DNA from: a virus
DNA length: 64,000 nt
Strand: one strand, 5' to 3'
IMG/VR virus record: IMGVR_UViG_3300046004_001116
Location: 21,920 to 85,919 of that record
In this document: in pieces, positions 1-9,749 of the stretch
Position numbering within the stretch: position 1 is the first letter of the stretch
How the letters are laid out: each line of letters opens with the position of its first letter
The notes under the pieces: generated by a model
The model's database searches: none
Told to the model about the DNA's origin: nothing
Seen by the model: only the letters and a program-made list of their open reading frames with translations
Position numbers and translations under genes: made by a program

Positions 1-1
1 A

Positions 2-1093
2 GGTGCTCTTGCAATCTCTGGTGCTGCTGCAAGTATAACTACATACGCTGAATTAGTTAGAGCTCTTGAAGATCATATCTTTGGTTTCTCTGGTGCAGGA
101 CCACAAGATGCTGATCCTTACCAAGGTGATGGAACTAACGGTTTAACTTCTTACGAACCAATGCGTAGAGGTGTAGGTGAAACTACTCAATACAGAACTA
201 TGGGTCTTACAGCATTCACGAAATTCGTTGAAGCTGAAACATTCCAAGTTGCTGCTACTGTAACAACTGAGCAAATTCAAGATCTTAACCGTCAATACGG
301 TATTGATGTAATCTCTATGATGGAAAATGCATTAGTAAATGAAATCTCTCAATCAATCAACAAACACATCTTATCTAGAGCGTTTGCATTAGGATGGGAA
401 AATCACGTTACATTCAACAGTGCAGAAGGAGTTAACTTAAACTTATCTCTTGTATCTCAAGTTGGTACTGTAAATGCTCGTTTCCAAGGTGCTGTTCCAA
501 CATCAATTGGTAACTTACAACAACTAGCTTGTCCAGCATTTGCTAACTACGGTGGAACAACTGCTAACTTTGAAAACCAAGGTACTGTTCAAAGACGTAT
601 CCAATCTAAAGTTTTAGCTGCTGCTAACGTAGTTGCTCAAAGAGGTCGTAGAGGACCAGGTAACTTTGTGGTTACTAACCTTCAAATTGCTACTGCATTA
701 CAAGATTCAGCTCAATTCACATTCTACCCATTAGCTAACACAGTAAACCAAAACAATGGTGCTCTTTATCCATTAGGAACTCTTGCTGGTTTAACTATCT
801 ACGTAGACCCTAACATGAAATATGATGATACTCGTATCCTTGTAGGTCGTAAAGGTGCTGATGAAGAGCCAGGTCTTAAATTCATGCCTTACTTAATGGC
901 TGAATCAATCCAAACTATTGCTGAAGGAACTATGGCTCCTAAGCTTGCAGTTAAATCTCGTTACGCTCTTGTTGAGGCAGGTTTCCACCCAGAAACTCAA
1001 TACTTAACATTACTTGTTAACTTGAAATCTGTTGGTACAGTTTCTACATCACAATACTGGGATTTACTTCCATCTGCTGCTACTATTGCATAA
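2..1093 (+). CDS. Major capsid protein, T4 gp23-like (5' truncated by window edge)
   Basis: Frame is open from base 2. Motifs EQIQDL..YGID, EISQSINKHIL, RRGPGNFVV, GTLAGLTIYVDP, FMPY and PKLAVKSRYAL are typical of the gp23 C-terminus. Confidence 0.9.
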   Translation, partial: GALAISGAAASITTYAELVRALEDHIFGFSGAGPQDADPYQGDGTNGLTSYEPMRRGVGETTQYRTMGLTAFTKFVEAETFQVAATVTTEQIQDLNRQYGIDVISMMENALVNEISQSINKHILSRAFALGWENHVTFNSAEGVNLNLSLVSQVGTVNARFQGAVPTSIGNLQQLACPAFANYGGTTANFENQGTVQRRIQSKVLAAANVVAQRGRRGPGNFVVTNLQIATALQDSAQFTFYPLANTVNQNNGALYPLGTLAGLTIYVDPNMKYDDTRILVGRKGADEEPGLKFMPYLMAESIQTIAEGTMAPKLAVKSRYALVEAGFHPETQYLTLLVNLKSVGTVSTSQYWDLLPSAATIA

Positions 1094-1118
1094 TTTTAGT
1101 TTAACAGATTAATATCTT

Positions 1119-1146
1119 AAAGAGAGACTTCGGTCTCTCTTTTTTT
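1119..1146 (+). terminator. Intrinsic terminator
   Basis: agagagac-ttcg-gtctctct hairpin followed by a U-run. Confidence 0.9.
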
Positions 1147-1221
1147 GTCCTTATTTTCTACCACAACTTGTAGTAAAGTAGAAAGATATATAAAATGGAA
1201 TAAAAACATAATAAAGATACT

Positions 1222-3594
1222 ATGACTTCATTTAAGAAATTTGTTCATGCTAAGGAAAAGATTACCGAAACTGTCGGTTTTCCTAAGACTATGAATAAGA
1301 ACTATATTATACGCAAAGAACTTGAAACTATTAATGAATTTGCTGGAGCTGCTGCTGCAACAAAAGGTGGAGAGATTGATAGTTTAATGGTTGCCATTGG
1401 TGCAGCTGGTGCTTTATTTGCTAAAGCAATGTATAATGGAATAATCTATAAATCTTTAATGGGTGAAATGCCTGGTTACTTAGAAAAGTATAAGAAATGG
1501 AGTGCACCTAGCGCAGATGCTGTGTTTAAAGCTACTACTGGTAAAGCAATAGAAAAACTTAAACAACAAAAAGCAACGTTATCAGGAACTGGTGGAGAGC
1601 GTGAAGATCGTAGCGGTTCTAAAGAAGAATCAGCAGAAGAAAAGATTACGAAAATGTTTAAAGCTAAAATTGACGCTGCTGAAGGTGATGCAAAAGACGC
1701 AGTTAGACAACAACGTGATGCTGCAATTGAAAAAGTTAAACTTAACATACAAAGTATATCAAAAAAAATTGAAGATCTACAAAACAAATCAGATGATGTT
1801 TTTGCTAAAGGTCAAGAGCAGTTTCGACAAGAGGAAGAAAAATGGACAAAGAAACAAGATGGGTTTGTCGAAGGTGGCGGAGCGCTTGGTAGTTCATGGA
1901 AAACCAAATGGGGTGTTGAATACAGAAATGCTAAAGAAGCAGCTAAATTAGAAGTTCTAGCGCAAGCAAAGAAAATTGCGACTGATGCAAAGAATGATAA
2001 AGAAGTTGCAGCAATTACTAAAGCAGAAGAACGCGCTAAACAATCTCAAGCTGAAGCTGATAAAAGAATAAAAGAAGTTGAGGATGATAGTGAAAAAGCA
2101 GAACGTGAAATGGCGTCTGCTGGCGAATTTAAAATTCCTCAGTACTTGCAAGCTTTACAATCGTACGACATGGCATGTGCTACTGCTTATGGCGAGTGGG
2201 ATAAAAAATCTCAAGGATTAGACAAAGGCGAAGGCGATGATAAAGAAAGTGCAAATAAAGCTACACAAGCTAAAATTGACAAGTTAGAAGGTAAGATTAC
2301 TAAAATAGAAGATATTATTAGTAAACTACGAGATTCTAAAGAAGAAGCTGACATTAAAAAAGTTGAAAAGGGTGATAGAATCATAACACAAATTAAAAGT
2401 GATATTGATGCTGAAAAAGCAAAACTTGCAGCTGATGAATCTTTTAACGATTTTTACTCAATGCAACTACGTTTAATAGAAACTAATGATATGATCAATA
2501 ACTTGGTAATTGAATTAGGTTTATTTGAAGAAGAAGAATCAAGCTCTATTCCTGGTGACGATCAAGTTCCAAACTTATCTCAGATTAGAGCTATTATTAA
2601 AAAGGTTATTGCTAAAACTCCTGAGGAAGGTCGTCAAAAAGAAGCTGAAAATGGAATTGCTACTTTAACAAAATTAAAGAGTGCAAAAGAAGATATGAAT
2701 AAAGCAAGAAACGACATGGCGGCTATATTCAAAGCACAAGCTGAAGAAGAAGATACTTCTAAAAGATTAAAGTTATCTCCTGAATTACAAAAAGGATTTG
2801 GATCTCTTAAAGCTGTTGATGAAACAGACGGTACTAAAACTTTTGATGAATACATAAAAGAGTTTCAAACGGATTATAAAGTTGATGATGAGGTTGCTAA
2901 AGAGGCTAAAGCTAAAGCTGACAAAGAAGCGGCTGAAAAAGCTGCGGCAGCGCAAACAACTCTTAATGCAACCGATAAAGATGGTAAGCCCGAAGTTGAT
3001 GAAGAAGCTGTTAAAGCAACAGAAGGCGAAGTATCAGCCGCTAAAGAAGAATACGACAAGGTAAAAGATGGCGATGATAAAAAAGCAACTTCTTTGGCAA
3101 AGATTAAACATCTTCAAGCGCAACAAAAACTTTCCAAATTAAAAGGTGATGACGCAGAGACTCAAGCAGGATTCCCACAAGAAATTGAATTGGAAATGAA
3201 AAAGATCCAGGATTTAGATAAAACAGCGGCTGCGCCCACTGATAATGATAGTGAAGCGGTTAAAAAACAAAAAGAGTCTATTAAGAAAACAATGGATAAT
3301 TTGGAATCTATGAAACGTGACGGTAAAATTCCACCTGCTTTAATGGAGCCCGGTAAAACAGGTCACAGCCAAACTGATCTTTTACAAAAACAATTAGATA
3401 AACTTAAAGAACTTCAGAATAAAGAAAAACCAACAGAAGAAGTAAAAGATTCTGTTGATCCTGATGATGAACTTGAAGATACCGATGATGAACTGGAAAA
3501 CACTAAGGATGAAACGCCAGATTTAGGAAAACCTAAATCTGCTCCGAAGTTTATGAAGTTTGAGGATTACATTATATCAAAACAAAAGAAATAA
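1222..3594 (+). CDS. Large charged coiled-coil protein, possibly head-internal
   Basis: 790 aa, K/E/A-rich, follows the capsid gene; F-x-x-F/Y motif at both termini. Confidence 0.6.
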   Translation: MTSFKKFVHAKEKITETVGFPKTMNKNYIIRKELETINEFAGAAAATKGGEIDSLMVAIGAAGALFAKAMYNGIIYKSLMGEMPGYLEKYKKWSAPSADAVFKATTGKAIEKLKQQKATLSGTGGEREDRSGSKEESAEEKITKMFKAKIDAAEGDAKDAVRQQRDAAIEKVKLNIQSISKKIEDLQNKSDDVFAKGQEQFRQEEEKWTKKQDGFVEGGGALGSSWKTKWGVEYRNAKEAAKLEVLAQAKKIATDAKNDKEVAAITKAEERAKQSQAEADKRIKEVEDDSEKAEREMASAGEFKIPQYLQALQSYDMACATAYGEWDKKSQGLDKGEGDDKESANKATQAKIDKLEGKITKIEDIISKLRDSKEEADIKKVEKGDRIITQIKSDIDAEKAKLAADESFNDFYSMQLRLIETNDMINNLVIELGLFEEEESSSIPGDDQVPNLSQIRAIIKKVIAKTPEEGRQKEAENGIATLTKLKSAKEDMNKARNDMAAIFKAQAEEEDTSKRLKLSPELQKGFGSLKAVDETDGTKTFDEYIKEFQTDYKVDDEVAKEAKAKADKEAAEKAAAAQTTLNATDKDGKPEVDEEAVKATEGEVSAAKEEYDKVKDGDDKKATSLAKIKHLQAQQKLSKLKGDDAETQAGFPQEIELEMKKIQDLDKTAAAPTDNDSEAVKKQKESIKKTMDNLESMKRDGKIPPALMEPGKTGHSQTDLLQKQLDKLKELQNKEKPTEEVKDSVDPDDELEDTDDELENTKDETPDLGKPKSAPKFMKFEDYIISKQKK

Positions 3595-3596
3595 GT

Positions 3597-4052
3597 ATGG
3601 ACTTTAAAATGTTTGAAGAAACCGCTGGTGAAGTAACTACGGTTTACGTAAGAGAACCACAAGGAATGCTAAGAAAATCTGCAGCTGTAAAAATCTGGGA
3701 TAAAATTGGCGTTGGTAAATCTGGAGACGGATTTGGTGTCTATGCTATTGCAGATATTGCAGATAATGAGTTAATAGAGGAATGCTCGGTTATAGAAATG
3801 ACCCGAGATGAATTTAATAGCAAGGTATTAATGGATTATATGTTTAAAATTTCCGGTGATCTATATGTACTTGCATTAGGGAACGGATCTATCTATAACC
3901 ATAGAAACCAACCAAACGCACGTTGGGAATACGACGGAGAAAAGAAAATACTTAAAATAGTTGCTACTCGTCCTATTGAAATGGGTGAAGAACTGTTTAT
4001 ATCATACGGTAGAGATTACTTCAAAACTCGTGAAACAAATATGAAAGCATAA
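3597..4052 (+). CDS. SET-domain protein-lysine methyltransferase
   Basis: SET motifs GFGVYA, YNHRNQPNA and GEELFISYG. Confidence 0.85.
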   Translation: MDFKMFEETAGEVTTVYVREPQGMLRKSAAVKIWDKIGVGKSGDGFGVYAIADIADNELIEECSVIEMTRDEFNSKVLMDYMFKISGDLYVLALGNGSIYNHRNQPNARWEYDGEKKILKIVATRPIEMGEELFISYGRDYFKTRETNMKA

Positions 4053-4351
4053 TGAAAACATTTTTAGAAGCAATTAATGAAGATAACAAATTTTCATCTT
4101 CAGGATTTACATTTAGTATTCGTGGTGTTCAAGATGGTAAAGGTGCTGCTATAGGTTTCATTCCAGATAGCAAAACTGTTGATTCTTTTAGTAAAGACGA
4201 ACAAGCTGCGTTTATTGAAAAATACTTTAATAACATGGAGTTCTTTAGAGACTGCATGATTTGGGATAAAAACCACAATGCGGCTGGTATAGTTTTTAGG
4301 ATTAACCCAGACTATTTAGCTGACGCACTTGTAAAAGAATTTAAAAGATAA
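4052..4351 (+). CDS. Hypothetical protein with internal-protein-like N-terminus
   Basis: ORF track; starts MKTFLEAINE. Confidence 0.7.
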   Translation: MKTFLEAINEDNKFSSSGFTFSIRGVQDGKGAAIGFIPDSKTVDSFSKDEQAAFIEKYFNNMEFFRDCMIWDKNHNAAGIVFRINPDYLADALVKEFKR

Positions 4352-4740
4352 TGAAAACATTTTTTGAAACAACAGCACCGGTTAAAGAAGTAACTGAGGA
4401 TACAGTTGAAACACCAACTAATTTCCCTACATTCTCTCAAGTAGTGCATAACGAGGTTGCCGAGGGCTTTACAGGAAAGGATGATGTCTCAGCTGCATTT
4501 GAGAAACTACATGCTTTACAATTAGAATTACAAAAGTTACAAACTCAAATGTTGGAAACTCGTTCTAAGTTTATGTCTTTTGCTAAAGAAGCACCACAAA
4601 GAAAGGCTATTGCTGCTGATCTTATTGGTTTAAGTAAAAAGAAAAATGATCTTGTGAAAAAGATCTCTGACGCTGAAGTAGTTGCTCAAAGAGCCCTTGC
4701 TTCAGATACTAGTGAATTAGAGGACTTAGATGTGCTATAA
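4351..4740 (+). CDS. Hypothetical coiled-coil protein
   Basis: ORF track; translationally coupled to upstream gene. Confidence 0.7.
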   Translation: MKTFFETTAPVKEVTEDTVETPTNFPTFSQVVHNEVAEGFTGKDDVSAAFEKLHALQLELQKLQTQMLETRSKFMSFAKEAPQRKAIAADLIGLSKKKNDLVKKISDAEVVAQRALASDTSELEDLDVL

Positions 4741-4777
4741 TTCCCAATGATAAATAGAATAACAAATAACAATAAAT

Positions 4778-4963
4778 ATGGAAACTTACAATTCAATCAT
4801 TGCCTTAATTGAGGCAGCAAAACCAGATGTTGAAAAATTCTTCGCAGGAGGAAACAAATCTGCAGGAACACGCGTTCGTAAACACATGCAAGATCTTAAA
4901 GCACTTGCTCAACAGTTAAGAACAGAAGTTCAAGACAACAAAAAAGGTGGAGCTGAAGCTTAA
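4778..4963 (+). CDS. Histone H1-like Hc1-family small protein
   Basis: KFFAGGNKSAGTRVRKHMQDLKALAQQLR resembles Bacteroidota and chlamydial Hc1 domains. Confidence 0.75.
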   Translation: METYNSIIALIEAAKPDVEKFFAGGNKSAGTRVRKHMQDLKALAQQLRTEVQDNKKGGAEA

Positions 4964-4984
4964 TCTAGGACAAACAAGTAACAA

Positions 4985-5016
4985 AAAGCAGGGTAGTCAA
5001 ACATCCTGCTTTTTTT
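4985..5016 (+). terminator. Intrinsic terminator
   Basis: agcagg...cctgct stem plus U-run. Confidence 0.75.
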
Positions 5017-5044
5017 GTGATATATACTAAGAAATTACAATATA

Positions 5045-5476
5045 ATGAAAGTGGAACTCTATATAGAAAAAGAAGAATATGATATATTCTACCGCTGGAT
5101 TAACAGAATTAGCCTTGGCATTTATTCGACGGCACCTGTTAGGTTTTCTCATAGAATAGAGGACATTGGAGACCCTCTAAAGGTATCTCTAGATTCTCGT
5201 GAATATACTCTAATAAAAGATATTCAAACCGATATAGAGGAAATACAGAAAACACACGGTCCAATAGAAATTGATTTTTCTCCAGTTAACACAGCAACAC
5301 ACCTTTTAGCAATACATGATGTAATTCGCGAAGCTGAAAGAAAAGATTTACTAACTGAAGTGGTTTATTCCGCTTTACAAATAGCATTACAAATGCCTGA
5401 CATAACTCCGACTGAAGCAATGGTTATTGCAGAACACGAGTGGCTGGGTATTCGTGGAGCAGACGATGATCTGTAA
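5045..5476 (+). CDS. Hypothetical protein
   Basis: ORF track, 143 aa. Confidence 0.7.
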   Translation: MKVELYIEKEEYDIFYRWINRISLGIYSTAPVRFSHRIEDIGDPLKVSLDSREYTLIKDIQTDIEEIQKTHGPIEIDFSPVNTATHLLAIHDVIREAERKDLLTEVVYSALQIALQMPDITPTEAMVIAEHEWLGIRGADDDL

Positions 5477-5718
5477 CCACTTAAATTATTCTTTAAAGAA
5501 CTATTATTCAATTCTGTATAAAAATACTATCTCTTAGTTTGGAAGGTAGAACAGTAAACAACAAAGTAAAGTTGATCTTTCTATGGATAAGATCCGAGAT
5601 CCTTTGGAGGTTTCTACCTTGTTTAACAATGCAAAAGAAAAGAAAGGATCGTGAATGTATATTCAGTTCTTCTTTTATTAAAAGCAAGAGATATGAAAAA
5701 CAACTATTTCCTAACGGC

Positions 5719-6396
5719 ATGTCAAAACTTAAAACATCAATAGTTTTATTTATAGCTGTACTTGTTGCTTCGGCCATGATGTCGGTTAACAAGAATAATC
5801 TTATAGTAGTAAAACACAAGTATTACAAATCAACATTTGATACTAACTTAAATTATCCAGTGAAAGTAGAATATTGGCTTACTCGCAATATGCACTTATG
5901 TAATAAACATATTCCTCGTCCTGGAGATTTTAAAGAAGACCCACAAATTGGCAAATCCAATAACCTGGATATATCATATGTTAAAAGCGGTTACGATCGC
6001 GGTCATAACTTTCCAGCATACGATGGTTCTTGTGACCAAACTGGAATGTACGAATCATTCTATTATACAAACATGACACCACAAGCACCTGGATTAAACA
6101 GAGGCGGTTGGAAATCACTTGAAGAGAACATAAGAAAAGAATCTGAGCTTAACGATAGTATATATGTAGCAACAGGTTCAATCCAAGGAATCTCAACAAA
6201 AACTGTAGGTGGCAACGGTTGTCCTAAAGTAGCAATTCCAGCATCTTGTTGGAAAGCATATTGGGTAAAACGCACTGGTAAGAAAGTAGCTTATCTTTTT
6301 CCTAATTCTAAAGTTGACGTAAAAGACATTGATAAATACTTAATCAGTGTTAAACAACTCGAAAAAAGCGTTGGAAAACTATTTCCAACCAATTAA
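5719..6396 (+). CDS. DNA/RNA non-specific endonuclease (Serratia/NucA type) with signal peptide
   Basis: YDRGH active site, NMTPQ..LNRGGW; hydrophobic N-terminus from ATG 5719. Confidence 0.85.
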   Translation: MSKLKTSIVLFIAVLVASAMMSVNKNNLIVVKHKYYKSTFDTNLNYPVKVEYWLTRNMHLCNKHIPRPGDFKEDPQIGKSNNLDISYVKSGYDRGHNFPAYDGSCDQTGMYESFYYTNMTPQAPGLNRGGWKSLEENIRKESELNDSIYVATGSIQGISTKTVGGNGCPKVAIPASCWKAYWVKRTGKKVAYLFPNSKVDVKDIDKYLISVKQLEKSVGKLFPTN

Positions 6397-6417
6397 TATA
6401 ATAACTATAAACTTAAT

Positions 6418-6699
6418 ATGAAACATATTCATAACTTTACAGAATTTATTAATGAAGCTACATCTGCTTATACCGAAATGATTTTGTCTAAAGACCAAGA
6501 TTTCGATCAAGTTAAAAAGTTACTTATAACCGATAAGAAAGCAAATCATCTAAATTTTACTCATTGGTCTCATGGTCAACCTTTAGGTTCAATCCGAGGA
6601 CATTTAATTACTATGTTCTTCAATAATCCAAAATCCGAAGTTTCCGATTTCATTCAAAGGAATGACATCAAAATAGCAAATAAATCCTATTTCGAATAA
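6418..6699 (+). CDS. Hypothetical protein, internal-protein-like N-terminus
   Basis: Starts MKHIHNFTEFINE. Confidence 0.7.
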   Translation: MKHIHNFTEFINEATSAYTEMILSKDQDFDQVKKLLITDKKANHLNFTHWSHGQPLGSIRGHLITMFFNNPKSEVSDFIQRNDIKIANKSYFE

Positions 6700-6716
6700 A
6701 TAACTATAAACTCAAT

Positions 6717-7142
6717 ATGAAACACGTACAACAATTTGATGAATTTATTAATGAAGCTGCAAATGCAATAGTTAAACCTAATGCAAAACTAAAAAGTGGT
6801 ACAGGGTTTCCATACGCTTCTTTTTACTTGTCAACTCAAGCATTAGACATAATGATAAATTTTGACGACCCAAAACATATTGCTGTTATTAAACTGCTAG
6901 CCGACCAAGAAAAAGAAATGAAAGACAACGGCTTTTTAAGTAAAAGTTCAATGGATAAAGCAAGAACAGCATATAAAAACGCACTTGGGACTTATGTAGT
7001 GCAGGCAAAGTACGACGGCCCGGATATAACTTTCCGTTTGTCTAGTACGCCAGACGCTAACTTAGATGACGGTAGTAAAAAGCAATGGTTACCTGGATCA
7101 GAGAGCAGCGGCGGTGGAATTACAATGGCAAAGTACATTTAA
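6717..7142 (+). CDS. Hypothetical protein, internal-protein-like N-terminus
   Basis: Starts MKHVQQFDEFINE. Confidence 0.7.
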   Translation: MKHVQQFDEFINEAANAIVKPNAKLKSGTGFPYASFYLSTQALDIMINFDDPKHIAVIKLLADQEKEMKDNGFLSKSSMDKARTAYKNALGTYVVQAKYDGPDITFRLSSTPDANLDDGSKKQWLPGSESSGGGITMAKYI

Positions 7143-7196
7143 AACTTTTCTATTAAAAACAATATTTGCTGGTATAAAAAAACAAAATAAGTAATA

Positions 7197-7892
7197 ATGA
7201 ACAAAACACAATTTACTAATCGTTGGTCAAATATGAATTTGTCCCAACAGGAGTTAGACCGCAAATGGCGTTTACAATTAGAAGCGCAAGAACAAGAACT
7301 TATGATGGCTGAACAAGCTGTTTATTTGGCAAGTATTAATCCTATGAATGCACTGCATGTTGGTGCTTTTGGCGGAGGAACTTTAACACCTCCTGAACCA
7401 CCTGCACCGTCTTCACCATTAACAGTTTTACGGTATGCTACTTCACAAGGTGAAGAAGTTGTGTGGCCTGAAGATTTTCCATTAACTTTTACGTTAGATC
7501 CAACTTTACCTGATTTTTCTTATACTCTTGATGTATCCTATATCCCACCATCTCAAGTCCCAACTCCTGCTGCTTTAATAGGTGTTACAATTGGAAATAC
7601 AGTTACAAGTATTGGTGACCTTGCTTTTACTAATTGTTTTAATTTGGCATCTGTTACATTTGCGCCAATTTCAACAGTTACAAGTATTGGTTCTAACGCG
7701 TTTTCAACTTGCCCCTCATTAACATCTATTGAAATTCCAGATTCAGTTACAAGTGTGGGTGGTAATGCATTTGCTAGTTCAGGATTACAAACTGTAACTA
7801 TATCTTCAGCAACCGCAATTGCTATTGGTATAACATCACCTACTGTTGGGGTTAACTTTTTTGGAGTGACTGTTGATACTATTCTTCCTTAA
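7197..7892 (+). CDS. BspA-type leucine-rich-repeat protein
   Basis: Repeats VTSIGDLAFTNC, VTSIGSNAFSTC, IPDSVTSVGGNAF. Confidence 0.8.
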   Translation: MNKTQFTNRWSNMNLSQQELDRKWRLQLEAQEQELMMAEQAVYLASINPMNALHVGAFGGGTLTPPEPPAPSSPLTVLRYATSQGEEVVWPEDFPLTFTLDPTLPDFSYTLDVSYIPPSQVPTPAALIGVTIGNTVTSIGDLAFTNCFNLASVTFAPISTVTSIGSNAFSTCPSLTSIEIPDSVTSVGGNAFASSGLQTVTISSATAIAIGITSPTVGVNFFGVTVDTILP

Positions 7893-7938
7893 TAACGTAA
7901 AAGTACATTTAAAACTTTTTTCAACTTTTTTCACTAAA

Positions 7939-7978
7939 TGTAAAACTAAGTAAAAAGGCAAGTATATATAATAAACAA
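7939..7978 (+). promoter_or_regulatory. Putative phage promoter of tRNA operon 1 leader
   Basis: tgtaaaactaa-N12-gtatatataataaacaa, same boxes and spacing as at 12623. Confidence 0.6.
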
Positions 7979-8000
7979 AACAATTAATAAATCAAAAACA

Positions 8001-8102
8001 ATGAAATCTCAAGTAATAAATATGGTCCCTGCGTATATTGCCAATCAGCCGATTGAGCAAAAGGAATCTTATTCTAAATCTGGAGATATTATATTTGAGT
8101 AA
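8001..8102 (+). CDS. Leader peptide 1 (33 aa, MKSQVINMVPAYIANQPIEQKESYSKSGDIIFE)
   Basis: A-rich start context; 26 of 33 residues are amino acids whose tRNAs lie in the downstream operon; contains TCTGGAG complementary to the terminator 5' arm. Confidence 0.8.
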   Translation: MKSQVINMVPAYIANQPIEQKESYSKSGDIIFE

Positions 8103-8127
8103 ATACACAACTATAACCAACATATCT

Positions 8128-8160
8128 AAGCTCCAGAATTAATTTTCTGGAGCTTTTTTT
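8128..8160 (+). terminator. Attenuator terminator 1
   Basis: aagctccagaa-ttaatt-ttctggagctt plus U-run; identical to 12812-12843. Confidence 0.9.
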
Positions 8161-8171
8161 ATTGCGATTAA

Positions 8172-8246
8172 TTTAACAAAACTTTAACATATAGAATTTG
8201 CTTGGTATGAAATTATTGGTTAATTTTGCTCTATAATTAAAAACAA
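8172..8246 (+). promoter_or_regulatory. Bacteroidota-type early promoter with upstream TTTAACA repeats
   Basis: TTTG-N20-TAATTTTG fits the -33/-7 consensus; element recurs about 12 times in the window. Confidence 0.7.
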
Positions 8247-8253
8247 CATTATT

Positions 8254-8406
8254 ATGGCAACAATTACAACATACAAGATTAAAGAAAAGTACAAATCACT
8301 TTTAGCTACATATGCTTGGACTAAACTTGATTTAAACGGATCTTATTCTAAAGAAGATTGGAATAAAGCTGGTTTTAAAGATTCTGTCTTAGATATTAAT
8401 TGTTAA
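8254..8406 (+). CDS. Small hypothetical protein (50 aa)
   Basis: ATG just after promoter, open to TAA. Confidence 0.55.
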   Translation: MATITTYKIKEKYKSLLATYAWTKLDLNGSYSKEDWNKAGFKDSVLDINC

Positions 8407-8771
8407 TAACTTTATGAATAAAAGTTTGCATTAGTCAATTTAATTGGTTAATTTTAACTAACAATAAAAATTTAATTATCATGTCTATACAAAATCGAAA
8501 GTTAATCAGAAGCATATACGGAATCCACGGTCTAATCAATATTTTAAGTGGGTTTGACGTAAACGGAAATAATTGTTAAAATTTCATTTAGCTTCGGCTA
8601 AGTATTATTCGTGGTACCAGGCGGGCAGTAGGGGTTACCGAATTAAAACAAACAAGAATGGTGAAATATGGGCTGGCCAGGCAACATAAAGTAACAACGA
8701 CGCTCAGCGGTATCAATTCAAAACCTCCTCGTGGTGATACTGGAAACTTGATTCGTCAAGGCTAATTTGAA

Positions 8772-8783
8772 GTTCATTGACAT
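8772..8783 (+). promoter_or_regulatory. boxA-like antitermination site
   Basis: gttcattgacat, about 14 nt before the first tRNA; counterpart at 12941. Confidence 0.55.
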
Positions 8784-8796
8784 AGTGATAACATTT

Positions 8797-8871
8797 ACGA
8801 GATTAGCTCAGTTGGTTCAGAGCAACTCTTTTACACGGAGAAGGTCACAGGTTCGAATCCTGTATCTCGTA
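8797..8871 (+). tRNA. tRNA-Val(TAC)
   Basis: Cloverleaf; anticodon loop tttacac. Confidence 0.9.
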
Positions 8872-9074
8872 CTAATGAATTAAACGGTCTAAGGATTAGG
8901 ACGCTGGCGTAAGGCACCGGCTGAAACGCCGACCATCGTTGGAGAGATTCTACTCTCTAATTCATAACACACTGCAGTGATTGCCGGCCACACGCATCGG
9001 TTCTTAACGGGAAATCGTTCTCGTCGTTAGGTGAACAGACCGGACAAATTCCTTAGGTGGTGCTAGGGTCAACT

Positions 9075-9148
9075 GCTGCTATAGACGAATTGGTTAAGTC
9101 GTCGCCCTTTCAAGGCGGAGGTTGCGGGTTCAAGTCCCGTTGGCAGTA
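9075..9148 (+). tRNA. tRNA-Glu(TTC)
   Basis: Cloverleaf; loop ctttcaa. Confidence 0.9.
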
Positions 9149-9153
9149 CAACA

Positions 9154-9230
9154 TGAGCGCTGAAGCACAATCGGACGTGCACCTGGCATACGGCCAGTAG
9201 GATATAGGTTCGAATCCTATCTTTGCTCCA
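9154..9230 (+). ncRNA. Degenerate tRNA-like RNA
   Basis: Good T-arm and 3' CCA; imperfect acceptor stem; non-canonical loop catacgg. Confidence 0.5.
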
Positions 9231-9237
9231 AATACTT

Positions 9238-9311
9238 TCTCCTGTCGTCTAGTCGGCTCAGGACGCTGCCCTTTCACGGCGGTAACGCGGGTTCGAATCC
9301 CGTCGGGAGAA
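9238..9311 (+). tRNA. tRNA-Glu(TTC)
   Basis: Cloverleaf; loop ctttcac. Confidence 0.9.
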
Positions 9312-9413
9312 CAACACTACCGAATGGTGTAATCTATGTGTTAAAAGAACAGCGCTGGCTGAGACCAGAGTTCCACCGTAATTGTAGTAATCGGTGATTC
9401 GGTAAACAATATT

Positions 9414-9485
9414 GGTTTCGTAGCTCAGAGGCAGAGCGGCACCCTGTTAAGGTGAGGGTCGGGATTTCGATATTCCCCGAGACCG
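9414..9485 (+). tRNA. tRNA-Asn(GTT)
   Basis: Cloverleaf; loop ctgttaa; variant T-arm. Confidence 0.85.
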
Positions 9486-9497
9486 CAATTAAAAAAT

Positions 9498-9666
9498 AGC
9501 TTTCAGCCAAAGGTGGCGGGCAATACTTTTACTCAGTTATGTATGGACTGTCTTAGACGTAAGGTGGAAAATCATAAAGGTTTAAATAGGATATGACTCT
9601 GATTGTCGACGAGATGAGAGTATCTGATAAGTATCGCTGGGTGGGTTCGATTCCCATTGTGAGCTC
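9498..9666 (+). ncRNA. tRNA-shaped RNA with about 110 nt inserted in place of the anticodon loop
   Basis: Paired ends agctttca/tgtgagct, D-like hairpin, T-arm gtggg-ttcgatt-cccat. Confidence 0.5.
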
Positions 9667-9671
9667 AAGAT

Positions 9672-9745
9672 TCCTCAGTAGCTCAGTTGGTTAGAGCGTC
9701 GGACTGTTAATCCGTAGGTCCTAGGTTCGAGTCCTAGCTGGGGAG
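9672..9745 (+). tRNA. tRNA-Asn(GTT)
   Basis: Canonical cloverleaf. Confidence 0.95.
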
Positions 9746-9749
9746 CAAA

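Noticed and set aside
5539-5718. N-terminal extension of the nuclease ORF from TTG 5539
   Set aside because: ATG 5719 places the signal peptide at the N-terminus; the extension looks non-coding.
9498-9666. tmRNA or tRNA-Ile(GAT) call
   Set aside because: Too short for tmRNA with no Ala-type acceptor; the ctgataa heptamer is not closed by a proper anticodon stem.
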